Shown here in pieces: positions 1 to 8,349 of a stretch of 64,000 nt of DNA. Below the pieces are notes generated by a model. It was given only the letters and a program-made list of their open reading frames with translations, did no database searches and had not been told where the DNA came from. Origin of the DNA: Candidatus Eiseniibacteriota bacterium (GTDB lineage Bacteria > Eisenbacteria > RBG-16-71-46 > CAIMUX01 > VGJL01); contig JBHGAY010000011.1 in the NCBI GenBank assembly GCA_041946735.1, positions 64,001 to 128,000 on the forward strand, read 5' to 3'. A program made the translations under genes and the position numbers. The stretch's first letter is position 1; every line of letters starts with the position of its first letter.

Positions 1-934
1 CAAGCATCGCCATCGAGACGAGCAGCCAGACGTGCGAGGCGCGGAGGAAGCGGCCCGATCGTCCGGCGCGCGGCAGCGGCTTCCAGAGGCGCATGGTCAG
101 GACGAAGGCGACCGCGCCCGCCGTGAGAACCAGGATCGAGATCCCCATCACGGCTGCCCACAAGGGGGCGCGGGTCTGCATGAACCGGACGAAGCCGACA
201 GCTTCCCCCAGGATCGCAAGGTCGAGCGGAATCCAGAGCCAGGAAAGGAGACGGCGCGAGGGCTCGGCCGATCCGAACGCGATCGGGAAGATCCGCTGCG
301 AGACGCCGAAGATCATCATCATCGCCAGGCCGTGGATCTGGAGATCGCGGAGAGCGAACTGCCATCCGGCGACCTGATGGAGCAATGCCTCCTTCGTCGG
401 CGCGGCGACGAGCCGCGTGACGTGAAAGAGGTCGACGAACGATCCGGCCAGGAACCAGACGGCCGCGGAGAGAATGTAGAAGTCGTGGTTCTCGAAGTGC
501 CGGGTCTGCGCCGCTCCGCGATACTGATAGACACGAAAGAGGACGAACGCGAAGAGGGCGACCGCGCCGATCTGCAGAATCGAGCCCGCGATGGCCAAGG
601 CGGCGAAGAGCGGCCGATCGTGGAGCGGCTCTCCCACCGACCGGAGGACGATGCCGAGCAGCATCGCAACGAGCGAGGCGCGCGCGAGGCGCGGCGCGGG
701 CAGCGGAGTCCCGCGGAAACGGGGGAACGCCTCGTAGGCGAAGCCGAGGATGAACAGGCCGATCCACCCGTAGATCTGCGCCTGAGCGTGTGCGTTGACC
801 TCGAAGATCGACAGCTTCGTGAACGACCGGTCGGAGGCGATCCGCAGGAGCAGGAACGCGCCCCATCCCACGCCGGCGGTGAGCGTCGTCACAATGGCGG
901 CCAGGAAGAACGGGCGGTGCACGCGCGCGATCAT
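1..934 (-). CDS. NnrS-family integral membrane protein (3' end runs off the window)
   Basis: Not in the ORF track because it is open to the edge. My translation from ATG 934 reads MIARVHRPFFLAAIVTTLTAGVGWG...VNAHAQAQIYGWIGLFILGFAYEAFPRF..., with many TM helices and an H-x-Q-x-x-x-x-G-W motif. ATGA overlap with the DUF1858 stop. Confidence 0.75.
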   Translation of the reverse strand, partial: MIARVHRPFFLAAIVTTLTAGVGWGAFLLLRIASDRSFTKLSIFEVNAHAQAQIYGWIGLFILGFAYEAFPRFRGTPLPAPRLARASLVAMLLGIVLRSVGEPLHDRPLFAALAIAGSILQIGAVALFAFVLFRVYQYRGAAQTRHFENHDFYILSAAVWFLAGSFVDLFHVTRLVAAPTKEALLHQVAGWQFALRDLQIHGLAMMMIFGVSQRIFPIAFGSAEPSRRLLSWLWIPLDLAILGEAVGFVRFMQTRAPLWAAVMGISILVLTAGAVAFVLTMRLWKPLPRAGRSGRFLRASHVWLLVSMAML

Positions 935-1179
935 GAGTTCTCCTCGCGGGCCGCCGCCCCTCCGAACCCTTCGCGGAGCCGGAGGAAACGGATGATATCG
1001 TCGACGAACCGGTCCGGATCGATCCCGTAGTTGGCGGCGCACTCGCGAAGCGTCTCGAAGGGAGCCATCACACATCCGACACAGGCCATGCCGTTATCGA
1101 GGAACACCTTCGTACACGCCGGCCAGCGCGCCAGGACGTCTCCTGACATCATCATGCCGTGGATCGCGACTTCGTTCAT
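931..1179 (-). CDS. DUF1858 / hybrid-cluster-associated redox disulfide domain protein
   Basis: VLARWPACTKVFLDNGMACVGCVMAPFETLRECAANYGID pattern (CxGC...ETL); GGAGGA RBS upstream. Confidence 0.85.
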   Translation of the reverse strand: MNEVAIHGMMMSGDVLARWPACTKVFLDNGMACVGCVMAPFETLRECAANYGIDPDRFVDDIIRFLRLREGFGGAAAREENS

Positions 1180-1225
1180 CGGTCCTCCTTCGGCGGACAG
1201 GATGACGCTTCGCGCGCTCGCCCAT

Positions 1226-1243
1226 CCTTGCGCCAGCGCAAAG
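1226..1243. promoter_or_regulatory. NnrR/Crp-Fnr binding palindrome
   Basis: CCTTGCG-CCAG-CGCAAAG, one mismatch to the NnrR consensus CTTTGCG-N4-CGCAAAG, centred ~55 bp upstream of the DUF1858 start. Confidence 0.8.
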
Positions 1244-1338
1244 TTCGCGAATCTTTTCTCTTGAGGGTCGGTCGGGTGGTGGGAATGTCCGAGTGCCTCG
1301 AAAAGCGGTGGCGACTCCGGATTCGGTGAACGAGTCTC

Positions 1339-2127
1339 CTATGTCTCTCCTTCATCCTCGGTGTCGTCGCGCGACCCGAGGTCTTCGGCGATGACGACAA
1401 GGGCGTGCGGCGAGAGGATTCGGACGTGCTCGCGCCCTGCGACGAGAATGCCGCGCTGCTCCCATTCCTTCAGCAGGCGGCTGACGGTGAAGAGTGTCGT
1501 GCCGGAGAGGCGGGCGAGGGTCTCGCGAGAGAGGGGCATGTCGATCCGCACTCCCTTTTCCTCTGCCGCTCTCCGGCCGGAATGACGAACGAGACGCAGA
1601 AGCGTGCGAGCCAGCCGCTGCGCGACCCGTTCGGTCGCTAGCTCCCGATAGCGATCCTCGACCTCGCGAATCCTGTGCAAGAGGATCTCGACCGCGTTGC
1701 GGGCGATCCGCGGGAAGCGTTGAAGGAGCTCCTCGATTGCGGCGCCATCCCACACGAGCGCCTCGCTCTCCTCGACCGCGCGAGCGGAGACCGGGTAGGA
1801 GACCTCGTCGAGGACGGCCGTCAGGGCGAAGATCTCCCCGGGGCCGATCAGGCGGAGGATCACCTCCTGACCGTCGGCGCCGGACTGGATCAGCGAGACC
1901 CGGCCGCGGAGGAGGAGGTGCAGGCGACACGGGCGGTCCCCTTGCTCGAAGAAGCTGCCGCGCCTTGCCGCCACATTGCGGGTCGCCGCTCGCGCGACGG
2001 CCGACTGCTCCGCCGCGGCGAGCCCGCGAAAGAGGGCCGTCCGTCCGAGGATCTCCGTCCAGCGTTCCGCATCCGACGCGCGGCCGGAGTTCCTGTCGCC
2101 CGGACGTCCCGTGCCTCTGCCTGCCAT
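1339..2127 (-). CDS. Crp/Fnr family transcriptional regulator, NnrR-like
   Basis: cNMP-binding domain (FFEQGD...GQEVILRLIGPGEIF), ATERVAQRLAR helix, HTH 'LSGTTLFTVSRLL'. Start could be GTG 2145. Confidence 0.88.
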   Translation of the reverse strand: MAGRGTGRPGDRNSGRASDAERWTEILGRTALFRGLAAAEQSAVARAATRNVAARRGSFFEQGDRPCRLHLLLRGRVSLIQSGADGQEVILRLIGPGEIFALTAVLDEVSYPVSARAVEESEALVWDGAAIEELLQRFPRIARNAVEILLHRIREVEDRYRELATERVAQRLARTLLRLVRHSGRRAAEEKGVRIDMPLSRETLARLSGTTLFTVSRLLKEWEQRGILVAGREHVRILSPHALVVIAEDLGSRDDTEDEGET

Positions 2128-2440
2128 GACTTCCGATGCTGCCACAATTCGGCCGGCCTCGCGCCGCCCTGGTCGATCCGCCTGCCCGGCCGGGTCGGGG
2201 GCGCGACCCTCGCCGCTGGCGCCGGCTCCGACCTTCGCCCGCCTCGGCGGTGTCCGCCTCCGGCTGGTTGACCCGCCTACGGCCGTCCCTTAAGATGGCC
2301 ACGCCGAAATCTTACCCTGAGCGTTCGATCGGGAGTCGAACCCCCGATTCGGGGAACGGTGAATGTAGCTTCGTTCGGGGATGTGGCTGGCAGGGACGAG
2401 TGGGGGGCCCCGCTCGGCCTCCAGCCGAATGAGGTGGACC

Positions 2441-3586
2441 GTGGCTGACACGGAGCGGGTCATCGTCGATCTGCTGCGCAGCTTGCTGTCGCATCCCGGC
2501 GAACGCGACCGCGAACGTTTGGCAGACTCCGCCGTCCTCTACATCCGCGCCTTCACGATGAGCCACCTCCGGCAGCGCCGCTTCGGTTTCGGGGAGAGCT
2601 TCGCCGACGTTGCGACCAGCGCGGCCGGCATCCAGGTGGCGAGGCTTCTGCAGTCCAGCCGCCGGCAGCCGGAGAACGGCGAGGAGCCGCGCGAGGATCT
2701 GGCGAGGCTGAGATCCGCGATGCACAGGCGGCTGATCCAGGAAGCGGCCGCTCCGCGCCTGCCGGCGCGCCGGCGGGCCAGAATCCGCCGCGCCGCGCAG
2801 GCGGTCGCTGCAGGCGCGACGATCCCGGCCGAGCTTCCCGACGACGTCGTCCTGGCCTGCTGGCGATCGATCCTGCGAGGCCTCGCGCATCGCGGGATCA
2901 TCGAGGTCTGGAATCAGGAACACCCGGAGCTCGCGCGACAGCTTCGCGCGCTCAAGCGGATCCTCGCCAAAGGAGAGGGGGTGAGGATTCGCAAAGAGAA
3001 CGCTCGCGGGCAGCTTCTGGTGAGCGACGGCAGCGCGCTTCACCGTCCGTGCATCGACAGAGACGCGCTGCAACGGATGCTGCACCCGATTCCACGCAGC
3101 GTCCCGGATCTCGCCGGTTTGCTCCCCTCGATCCTCGTGCCGTCCGAGATCCACGGGGGCTCGGCGTTCCTGATGGACTTCCTCATCGCATGGGAAGACG
3201 TCCTTCGCCGGGAGGTGCCGCCGGACACCGAGGAGAGCGCGTCGTCCCGCGATGGCGTCCCGATCGAGCGCCTCGCCGGAGAGCTTCCACCGATCCTGCG
3301 CCGCCGCGCGCGCGATCTGCTGCGCGCGGACCAGCGCAAAGGGACGTTCGCCGGCGATGCGGACGACCCCGCGTGCCGCCTGTCCAACGCCTACGTCGAG
3401 ATCTCGGTCGAGATGGTCTCGCGAGATTGCGGAGTGGGCAATCCCGAGTGGTCCCGTCTCTCGCAGAAGAAACTGATCGAGCGCCTTCTCCCGGACGTCG
3501 CGACCGACGGCGTTCTCGCGAGGCACCAGCAGAAGATCGACTACCTCGTTCTGCGCCTGCGCGGGACGATACGGGTCCAGCCATGA
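2441..3586 (+). CDS. Hypothetical helical cytoplasmic protein (possible divergent sigma-like factor)
   Basis: 381-aa ORF, GTG start after GAGGTGG, ATGA-coupled to the next gene. No signal peptide or TM segment. The sigma-like role is inferred from context only. Confidence 0.6.
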   Translation: MADTERVIVDLLRSLLSHPGERDRERLADSAVLYIRAFTMSHLRQRRFGFGESFADVATSAAGIQVARLLQSSRRQPENGEEPREDLARLRSAMHRRLIQEAAAPRLPARRRARIRRAAQAVAAGATIPAELPDDVVLACWRSILRGLAHRGIIEVWNQEHPELARQLRALKRILAKGEGVRIRKENARGQLLVSDGSALHRPCIDRDALQRMLHPIPRSVPDLAGLLPSILVPSEIHGGSAFLMDFLIAWEDVLRREVPPDTEESASSRDGVPIERLAGELPPILRRRARDLLRADQRKGTFAGDADDPACRLSNAYVEISVEMVSRDCGVGNPEWSRLSQKKLIERLLPDVATDGVLARHQQKIDYLVLRLRGTIRVQP

Positions 3587-5814
3587 GCCTGGCCGAGCGG
3601 CCGCGCGAGGAGGCCTACGCGATCCGGGAGCTGCACGAGATCGCGGCCGATCTCGACGAGCTTCTCGCCATCGCGCAGCCACCGCTCGTCACCCTCCACG
3701 CGACCCGGCGCTTCCTCGAAGTGCTGGTTCCGTACGGGTCGAACGGCTGGATCGCCTATGGGGAGCGTCCGACGGTCGCGTTGACGAGATCGCTCGAAAC
3801 GCTCCAGCCGCTCGAAGGGATCCCTCTCGAGGATCTGCAGGCGGTCCGCGCGCTGCTGCAGCAGCTCGCCGACCTCGCTCTCCCGCGCGGCGCCGTGTCG
3901 CCGATGTTCGATCTGCCCGCGGCCGCCCTCCGGTCGCTCGCCATCGTCGAGAATGGGATCGAGAGGCTCACCGCCCTGCTTTCCGGGAAGGAGCCCGATC
4001 CTCAGGCAACGGAGGACCGAGCCGCCGTTCTGCTCGTTCCGGTGGCCGTCGGGCTGCGGGCGGCACGCGTGGCCCATCCCCTCTTTGCCGGCATTCGCGC
4101 GGGCCAGATCGTGAGGCTGCGTGTCGAGGCGGAGATGGGGCGGCGGCGCGCCGGGCCCGACCAGCTCCTCCTCGACGGACGGGCGACCGCGGAGACGCGC
4201 GCGGCGTTCTGCGCCGCGCTGTCCCACTTGGGCCAGCTCTCCGTCCCGGGCGCCCCCCGCCTGGAGCGATGCTGGTTCCGCGCCGCCTGGACTCCGGGCG
4301 ACTGCGATCTGGCGGGACGGTCCGCGAGCCTGCCGTTCCTGCTCGCCGCCGCCGCCGCCCGCGCCGCGCTCGCCCCGGGCAGGTCGGCCCGCGAGACGGT
4401 GGCGGGGACCGCCGTCACTTCCGACCTCGACGGCACCCGCAGCGCGCCCGTCTCCGAGGGCTCGCTTGGTCTGAAGGTGGCCGCCTGTTTCCACGCGTCG
4501 GTCCGCCAGCTTCTCGTGCCGTTCGAGCAGCGACAGCAAGCGCAGGAAGCGCTGCGCGCGCTGGAGGCGAAGCACCCGGAACGCCAGCTCCTCGTGCGCG
4601 GCGTGCGGGACGCGCGAGACGCATGGGGAGATCCGGGCGTGATCCGGACGCGCACGCGCACGGCGGCAGAGGCCTGCTCGACCCTCCTGCATCGATTCGC
4701 CGCGAGCCGGACGTTTGCGGTCGTGGTCATTCTCGCGTTCCTCGTGCTCCTGCTGCTGATATTCCTCGCTCTCCGCTGGACGCACTACAACCCGGTCGCG
4801 CTGGACTGGTCGAAGGGCCGGGATGAGCTGCTGGTCAAGAACCAATACGGCTTCACGGTGCTCGCGCTGCCGATCAGGCACCAGCATCCGAACGAGGTTA
4901 GCCTCTTCGGATATTCGCGAGCCCTGGCGGACCTCGACGGAGACGGAGTCAAAGAAGTGATCGCCATCCACGACGGCCGGGAGGAGGCGTTCTCGGCCCT
5001 GAGCATGTTCGACAGGAAGAAGCAGCCGGTCTGGACCAGGTTCTGCAACGACCTTTCACCCGGCATCGAGCGCAAGGTGGATGGCTTGGCGTGGTTCGCT
5101 TTCCTGCCTCTCGAGCTTGGACCGGGGGAACCGGCGAGGCTCGCCTGCCTGCGCCGCTCACGACAGGGCAGTCTCTCGGTTCTGGAGATCGACGACGCGG
5201 CGACCGGGCAGCTCCTGGGGCGCATGAGCAACATCGGGCACATCGAGGCGATCTACGAGACCGATCTCGACCGAGACGGGCGGAAGGATTTGTGGGCGTG
5301 CGGTACGGACAACGTCACGGGCATGGCGCTTCTCGCCGTGCTCGATCCGGCGGCGTTTCGGATCGAGGAAGGCGCCACCCGTGTCTCGGATCTCCTGGGC
5401 TTGACCGATCCTCGGTCGCTCGGCGCCGGAGTCCTCTCGCTGGTGGAGCTGCCCAAGCTCTCCTACTCGCGATCGGAGAGGGCGCAATGCACGACAGTGC
5501 AGATCGGCGATGACGGTGGAGTGATCGCGGGGAGCGCGGACCCGGATGGTAATTGCCTGTTCCATCTGCGGTTCCCCGACCTTCGAGCCCCGGTCCTCGA
5601 TCATGTGCAAATCACCGATGCTGGACGGAGCATCATTCGGTTCCGGGCCGGGAGAGACGTTCCCCTCGCCGAGTTCGCGGCCGAGGAAGCGGCGATGGCG
5701 CAAGCGGCCCGCATTCTCACGCCGGACGGTTGGCGGCCCTGCCCGGGAGGGGAGGCATCGCAGCCGGCCCCGCGGGAATCGGAGATTTCTGAAATACCTG
5801 CCGGTGGCAGGTAG
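3583..5814 (+). CDS. Membrane protein: cytoplasmic Lon/S16-like protease domain + TM helix + extracellular FG-GAP/VCBS repeats
   Basis: DLAGRSASL (Ser codon 4321)...AVTSDLDG...APVSEGSLGLKVAA (Lys codon 4474)...VRQLLVP resembles Lon_C DGPSAG...TGEI...GG.KEK..AA...VLIP. TM TFAVVVILAFLVLLLLIFLAL at ~4711-4773. DLDGDGVKEVI and DLDRDGRKDLW motifs follow. Confidence 0.72.
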   Translation: MSLAERPREEAYAIRELHEIAADLDELLAIAQPPLVTLHATRRFLEVLVPYGSNGWIAYGERPTVALTRSLETLQPLEGIPLEDLQAVRALLQQLADLALPRGAVSPMFDLPAAALRSLAIVENGIERLTALLSGKEPDPQATEDRAAVLLVPVAVGLRAARVAHPLFAGIRAGQIVRLRVEAEMGRRRAGPDQLLLDGRATAETRAAFCAALSHLGQLSVPGAPRLERCWFRAAWTPGDCDLAGRSASLPFLLAAAAARAALAPGRSARETVAGTAVTSDLDGTRSAPVSEGSLGLKVAACFHASVRQLLVPFEQRQQAQEALRALEAKHPERQLLVRGVRDARDAWGDPGVIRTRTRTAAEACSTLLHRFAASRTFAVVVILAFLVLLLLIFLALRWTHYNPVALDWSKGRDELLVKNQYGFTVLALPIRHQHPNEVSLFGYSRALADLDGDGVKEVIAIHDGREEAFSALSMFDRKKQPVWTRFCNDLSPGIERKVDGLAWFAFLPLELGPGEPARLACLRRSRQGSLSVLEIDDAATGQLLGRMSNIGHIEAIYETDLDRDGRKDLWACGTDNVTGMALLAVLDPAAFRIEEGATRVSDLLGLTDPRSLGAGVLSLVELPKLSYSRSERAQCTTVQIGDDGGVIAGSADPDGNCLFHLRFPDLRAPVLDHVQITDAGRSIIRFRAGRDVPLAEFAAEEAAMAQAARILTPDGWRPCPGGEASQPAPRESEISEIPAGGR

Positions 5815-5892
5815 GACGTCGAAGTGAGGGCGGCTCGGCCAGAAGGCGAGGGGTGGCCGAGCCGGCCGCGAGACGAGTAGGGAGCAGATGAC

Positions 5893-6537
5893 GTGAACCG
5901 TTGCTACAGAGAGAGTTCGATCGAGAGGGTAGCCGGCCGGCTCGCCCCTGGCGGCGATGCGGGCCTCGATCTCCTCGCCCGCTGGGCTGCCGGCGGCCCG
6001 GCTCGCCTGCGGCACGAGCGCGCCGAGTTCGCCGCCCACGTAGCCGCTTGCGCCAGGTGCGGCGGGATCTTCTCGGTCTTCCTCTCGACCGAGCGCTCCC
6101 TTTTGGCCGCCGCCGGGGCTACGAGCCCCGCCCCGCTGAGGCCGCTACCGGTCGTCCTCAGCCTCGCCGCGCCCGCGCAGAGAAGGCGCGGGACCATTCG
6201 TCGAGGGGATGGACTGACGGGGTCGGCGGACGATGCGGCCGTGGAAGCTGCGCGCGACTCGGATCGGCCGTGCTATCAGGTGGCGGCCGATGCGGGGGAC
6301 GCGCAGGACCCGGCAGTCCTGCCCACCATGGCGGAGATCACGCTCACCTCGGAGGACGGGCGCTGGGGCGTCCGGATCAAGCCCGATCCGCAGGGCGAGG
6401 GCGCGATCGCGATCCTCGTGCCGAGGCGGCAGGGAGCCGTCCTCCGATTGGGGGGCGTCGAGCATCTCTTCGATGAAGACGGGATCGCCCACTTGCCGTC
6501 CTCCCCGATCGGCGCCGCGTTTCTCATTCTCTCCTGA
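5893..6537 (+). CDS. Soluble zinc-finger (zf-HC2/ZAS) anti-sigma-like protein with C-terminal beta domain
   Basis: N-terminal Cys plus AEFAAHVAACARC (HxxxCxxC, 6037-6060), no TM helix, GGGAG RBS upstream. Confidence 0.7.
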   Translation: MNRCYRESSIERVAGRLAPGGDAGLDLLARWAAGGPARLRHERAEFAAHVAACARCGGIFSVFLSTERSLLAAAGATSPAPLRPLPVVLSLAAPAQRRRGTIRRGDGLTGSADDAAVEAARDSDRPCYQVAADAGDAQDPAVLPTMAEITLTSEDGRWGVRIKPDPQGEGAIAILVPRRQGAVLRLGGVEHLFDEDGIAHLPSSPIGAAFLILS

Positions 6538-6584
6538 TCCTCGGCGATCCTGCCCGATCCTGGCGCCTCGAGTGGGTCCCGGCT

Positions 6585-6618
6585 AAAGGGACGCCTTTCC
6601 CGAAAGGGACGCCTTTCC
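6585..6618 (+). repeat. Tandem 16-bp direct repeat of a palindromic unit
   Basis: AAAGGGACGCCTTTCC at 6585-6600 and 6603-6618; each copy contains AAAGG-N4-CCTTT. Confidence 0.9.
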
Positions 6619-6624
6619 TTCTGA

Positions 6625-6787
6625 ACGCCCCCTCGGTGGCCGGTAGAGAACAAGAGGAAAGATCCGAGATCACCCGGGGAGTCGACGACGCCGACCGTGG
6701 ACACCGCGACCGTTCCGCCCACAGGCTCCCGGGTCTTTCGGAAGCGCCGCGAGCCTCCCTCGGTTGGCTGACCCCGGGGGAGGCCGT
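6625..6787 (+). ncRNA. 6S RNA-like long hairpin with central bubble
   Basis: Hand pairing: CCCCC 6628-32/GGGGG 6776-80, GGT-GGCCGG 6635-43/TTGGCT-ACC 6764-73, purine-rich bubble ~6649-62, TCCGAGA 6663-69/TTTCGGA 6736-42, ACCCGGG 6672-78/CCCGGGT 6728-34. GGGAG...CGCCCAC...AGGCTCCC motifs recall 6S RNAs; G-U pairs favour the + strand. Confidence 0.5.
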
Positions 6788-6891
6788 CTCTTGCCTTCGT
6801 CCGCCTGCTCGGGCGAAGCTTCGCTCCATCCCTTCCCGCCCCTCTTTGCCAAGGGATAGAATCCGCCGGACCCCGGAGGGAGGAGGCTTCG

Positions 6892-7395
6892 ATGGCAGTG
6901 TCCGAAGTGCGCGACTATCCGTCCGCGCCCGCCTTGGCGGCCGCTTACCGGCAGCATCGCGACTACGCGTGGAAGCGGCTCCTCGAGTTCCTGGGGTCGC
7001 TGCCGGTGGCCGTGGTGCAGCAGCCGAGCCCGGGCGCGGCGGGCAAGAGCATCGCGGACATCCTGCGGCACTCCCTCGGGACGATCGAGTTCTGGATGAG
7101 CGTGCTCGAGGGACGCTCGCACGAGGCGTTCCCGGCCGAGGAGCACTCCGACATCCCGTCGCTCGCGAGGCTTGCGCGGCTCGTAGACGGCCGCCTGCAG
7201 AAGCTGCTTGGCGAAGCGGATCCGGAATGGTTCGGCCGGAGCCACTCCTTCCGCTTCCCGGACGGGCATGAAGAGGATCTCGTCCCTGCCTGGGTCGTCT
7301 TGCACGTTCTCACGCACGAGTACCATCACAAGGGACAGGTCGTCTCGATCGCCCGGTCGCTCGGCTACACGCCTCCCGAAACCGACTTCTTCTGA
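6892..7395 (+). CDS. DinB family protein
   Basis: SIADILRH...W and VLHVLTHEYHHKGQV His motifs; GGAGG RBS. Confidence 0.9.
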   Translation: MAVSEVRDYPSAPALAAAYRQHRDYAWKRLLEFLGSLPVAVVQQPSPGAAGKSIADILRHSLGTIEFWMSVLEGRSHEAFPAEEHSDIPSLARLARLVDGRLQKLLGEADPEWFGRSHSFRFPDGHEEDLVPAWVVLHVLTHEYHHKGQVVSIARSLGYTPPETDFF

Positions 7396-7415
7396 TTCCG
7401 GCGGCGCTGGCGACG

Positions 7416-8279
7416 ATGAGCGTCTTCTTCTTCGCTTCGGATCTTCACGGCCGGCGAGACCGCTACGAGAAGCTGTTCGCCGCAGTGCGAGAGGAAATGC
7501 CGGCGGCGGTGCTGCTCGGCGGCGATCTCCTGCCCGGAGGATCCTCCGTCCTCCGGGCGATCGATCCGGGCCGCGGCGATTTCGTGCAGGACTTCCTGGC
7601 CGCAGAGCTGACCCGCCTCCGGATCGCCCTGCGCGACCGCTACCCGGACGTGCTCCTCATCTTCGGCAACGACGACGCACGCGTGGAAGAGGCGGCGATG
7701 CTCGAGCTCGCGGAGAGCGGCCTTTGGCGCTACGCGCACGGGCGGCGGATCGCTTGCGCCGGATGGAATGTCTACGGCTACTCCTGCGTGCCGCCGACGC
7801 CGTTTCTGCTGAAGGACTGGGAGCGCTACGACGTTTCGCGCTTCGTCGATCCGGGATCGACCTCTCCCGAGGAAGGGATCCACTCCGTTCCCTGCCCCCT
7901 CGTCGAGGTCCGGTACGGCACGATCGCGAAGGACCTCGAGGCGCTCGTGGGAACCGACGATCTCGAGCGCGCGATCCTCCTCTTTCATGCGCCGCCGTAT
8001 CAGACGGCGCTCGACCGGGCTCCGCTCGACGGCCGAGCGATCGACCACGTGCCGCTCGATCCGCACGTCGGCTCGATCGCGATCCGACGCTTCCTCGAGG
8101 AGCGGCAGCCGCGGGTCTCCCTCCACGGACACGTGCACGAGTCGGCACGCCTCACGGGGGAGTGGAAGACGAAGATCGGGGAGACCTGGTGCCTGGGCGG
8201 CGCGCATGACGGGCCCGAGCTGGCTCTCGTGCGGTTCGATCCGGAGCGTCCCGGGGAAGCGGAGCGGGAACTGCTCTAG
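7416..8279 (+). CDS. Calcineurin-like metallophosphoesterase (Icc-related)
   Basis: DLHG, GGDL, GNDD, HAPP, HVGS and HGHVHE motifs. Confidence 0.9.
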   Translation: MSVFFFASDLHGRRDRYEKLFAAVREEMPAAVLLGGDLLPGGSSVLRAIDPGRGDFVQDFLAAELTRLRIALRDRYPDVLLIFGNDDARVEEAAMLELAESGLWRYAHGRRIACAGWNVYGYSCVPPTPFLLKDWERYDVSRFVDPGSTSPEEGIHSVPCPLVEVRYGTIAKDLEALVGTDDLERAILLFHAPPYQTALDRAPLDGRAIDHVPLDPHVGSIAIRRFLEERQPRVSLHGHVHESARLTGEWKTKIGETWCLGGAHDGPELALVRFDPERPGEAERELL

Positions 8280-8349
8280 ACCAGGCGACGCGCGCCGCTA
8301 CGCGGCGGCGATGTGCGCGCGTGCTTCCGGCAGCTTCGCCGGCCGGCGG

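Noticed and set aside
32..1030. 332-aa + strand ORF
   Set aside because: Antisense shadow of the nnrS-like gene on the - strand; low-complexity, charge-rich translation.
3049..3582. N-terminal extension of the 921-aa ORF
   Set aside because: Overlaps the upstream CDS in another frame; the ATGA-coupled start at 3583 is more plausible.
3583..5814. CalpL / CRISPR type III effector or canonical Lon
   Set aside because: No SAVED/CARF domain, AAA+ module, cas genes or array are visible; only the protease domain resembles them.
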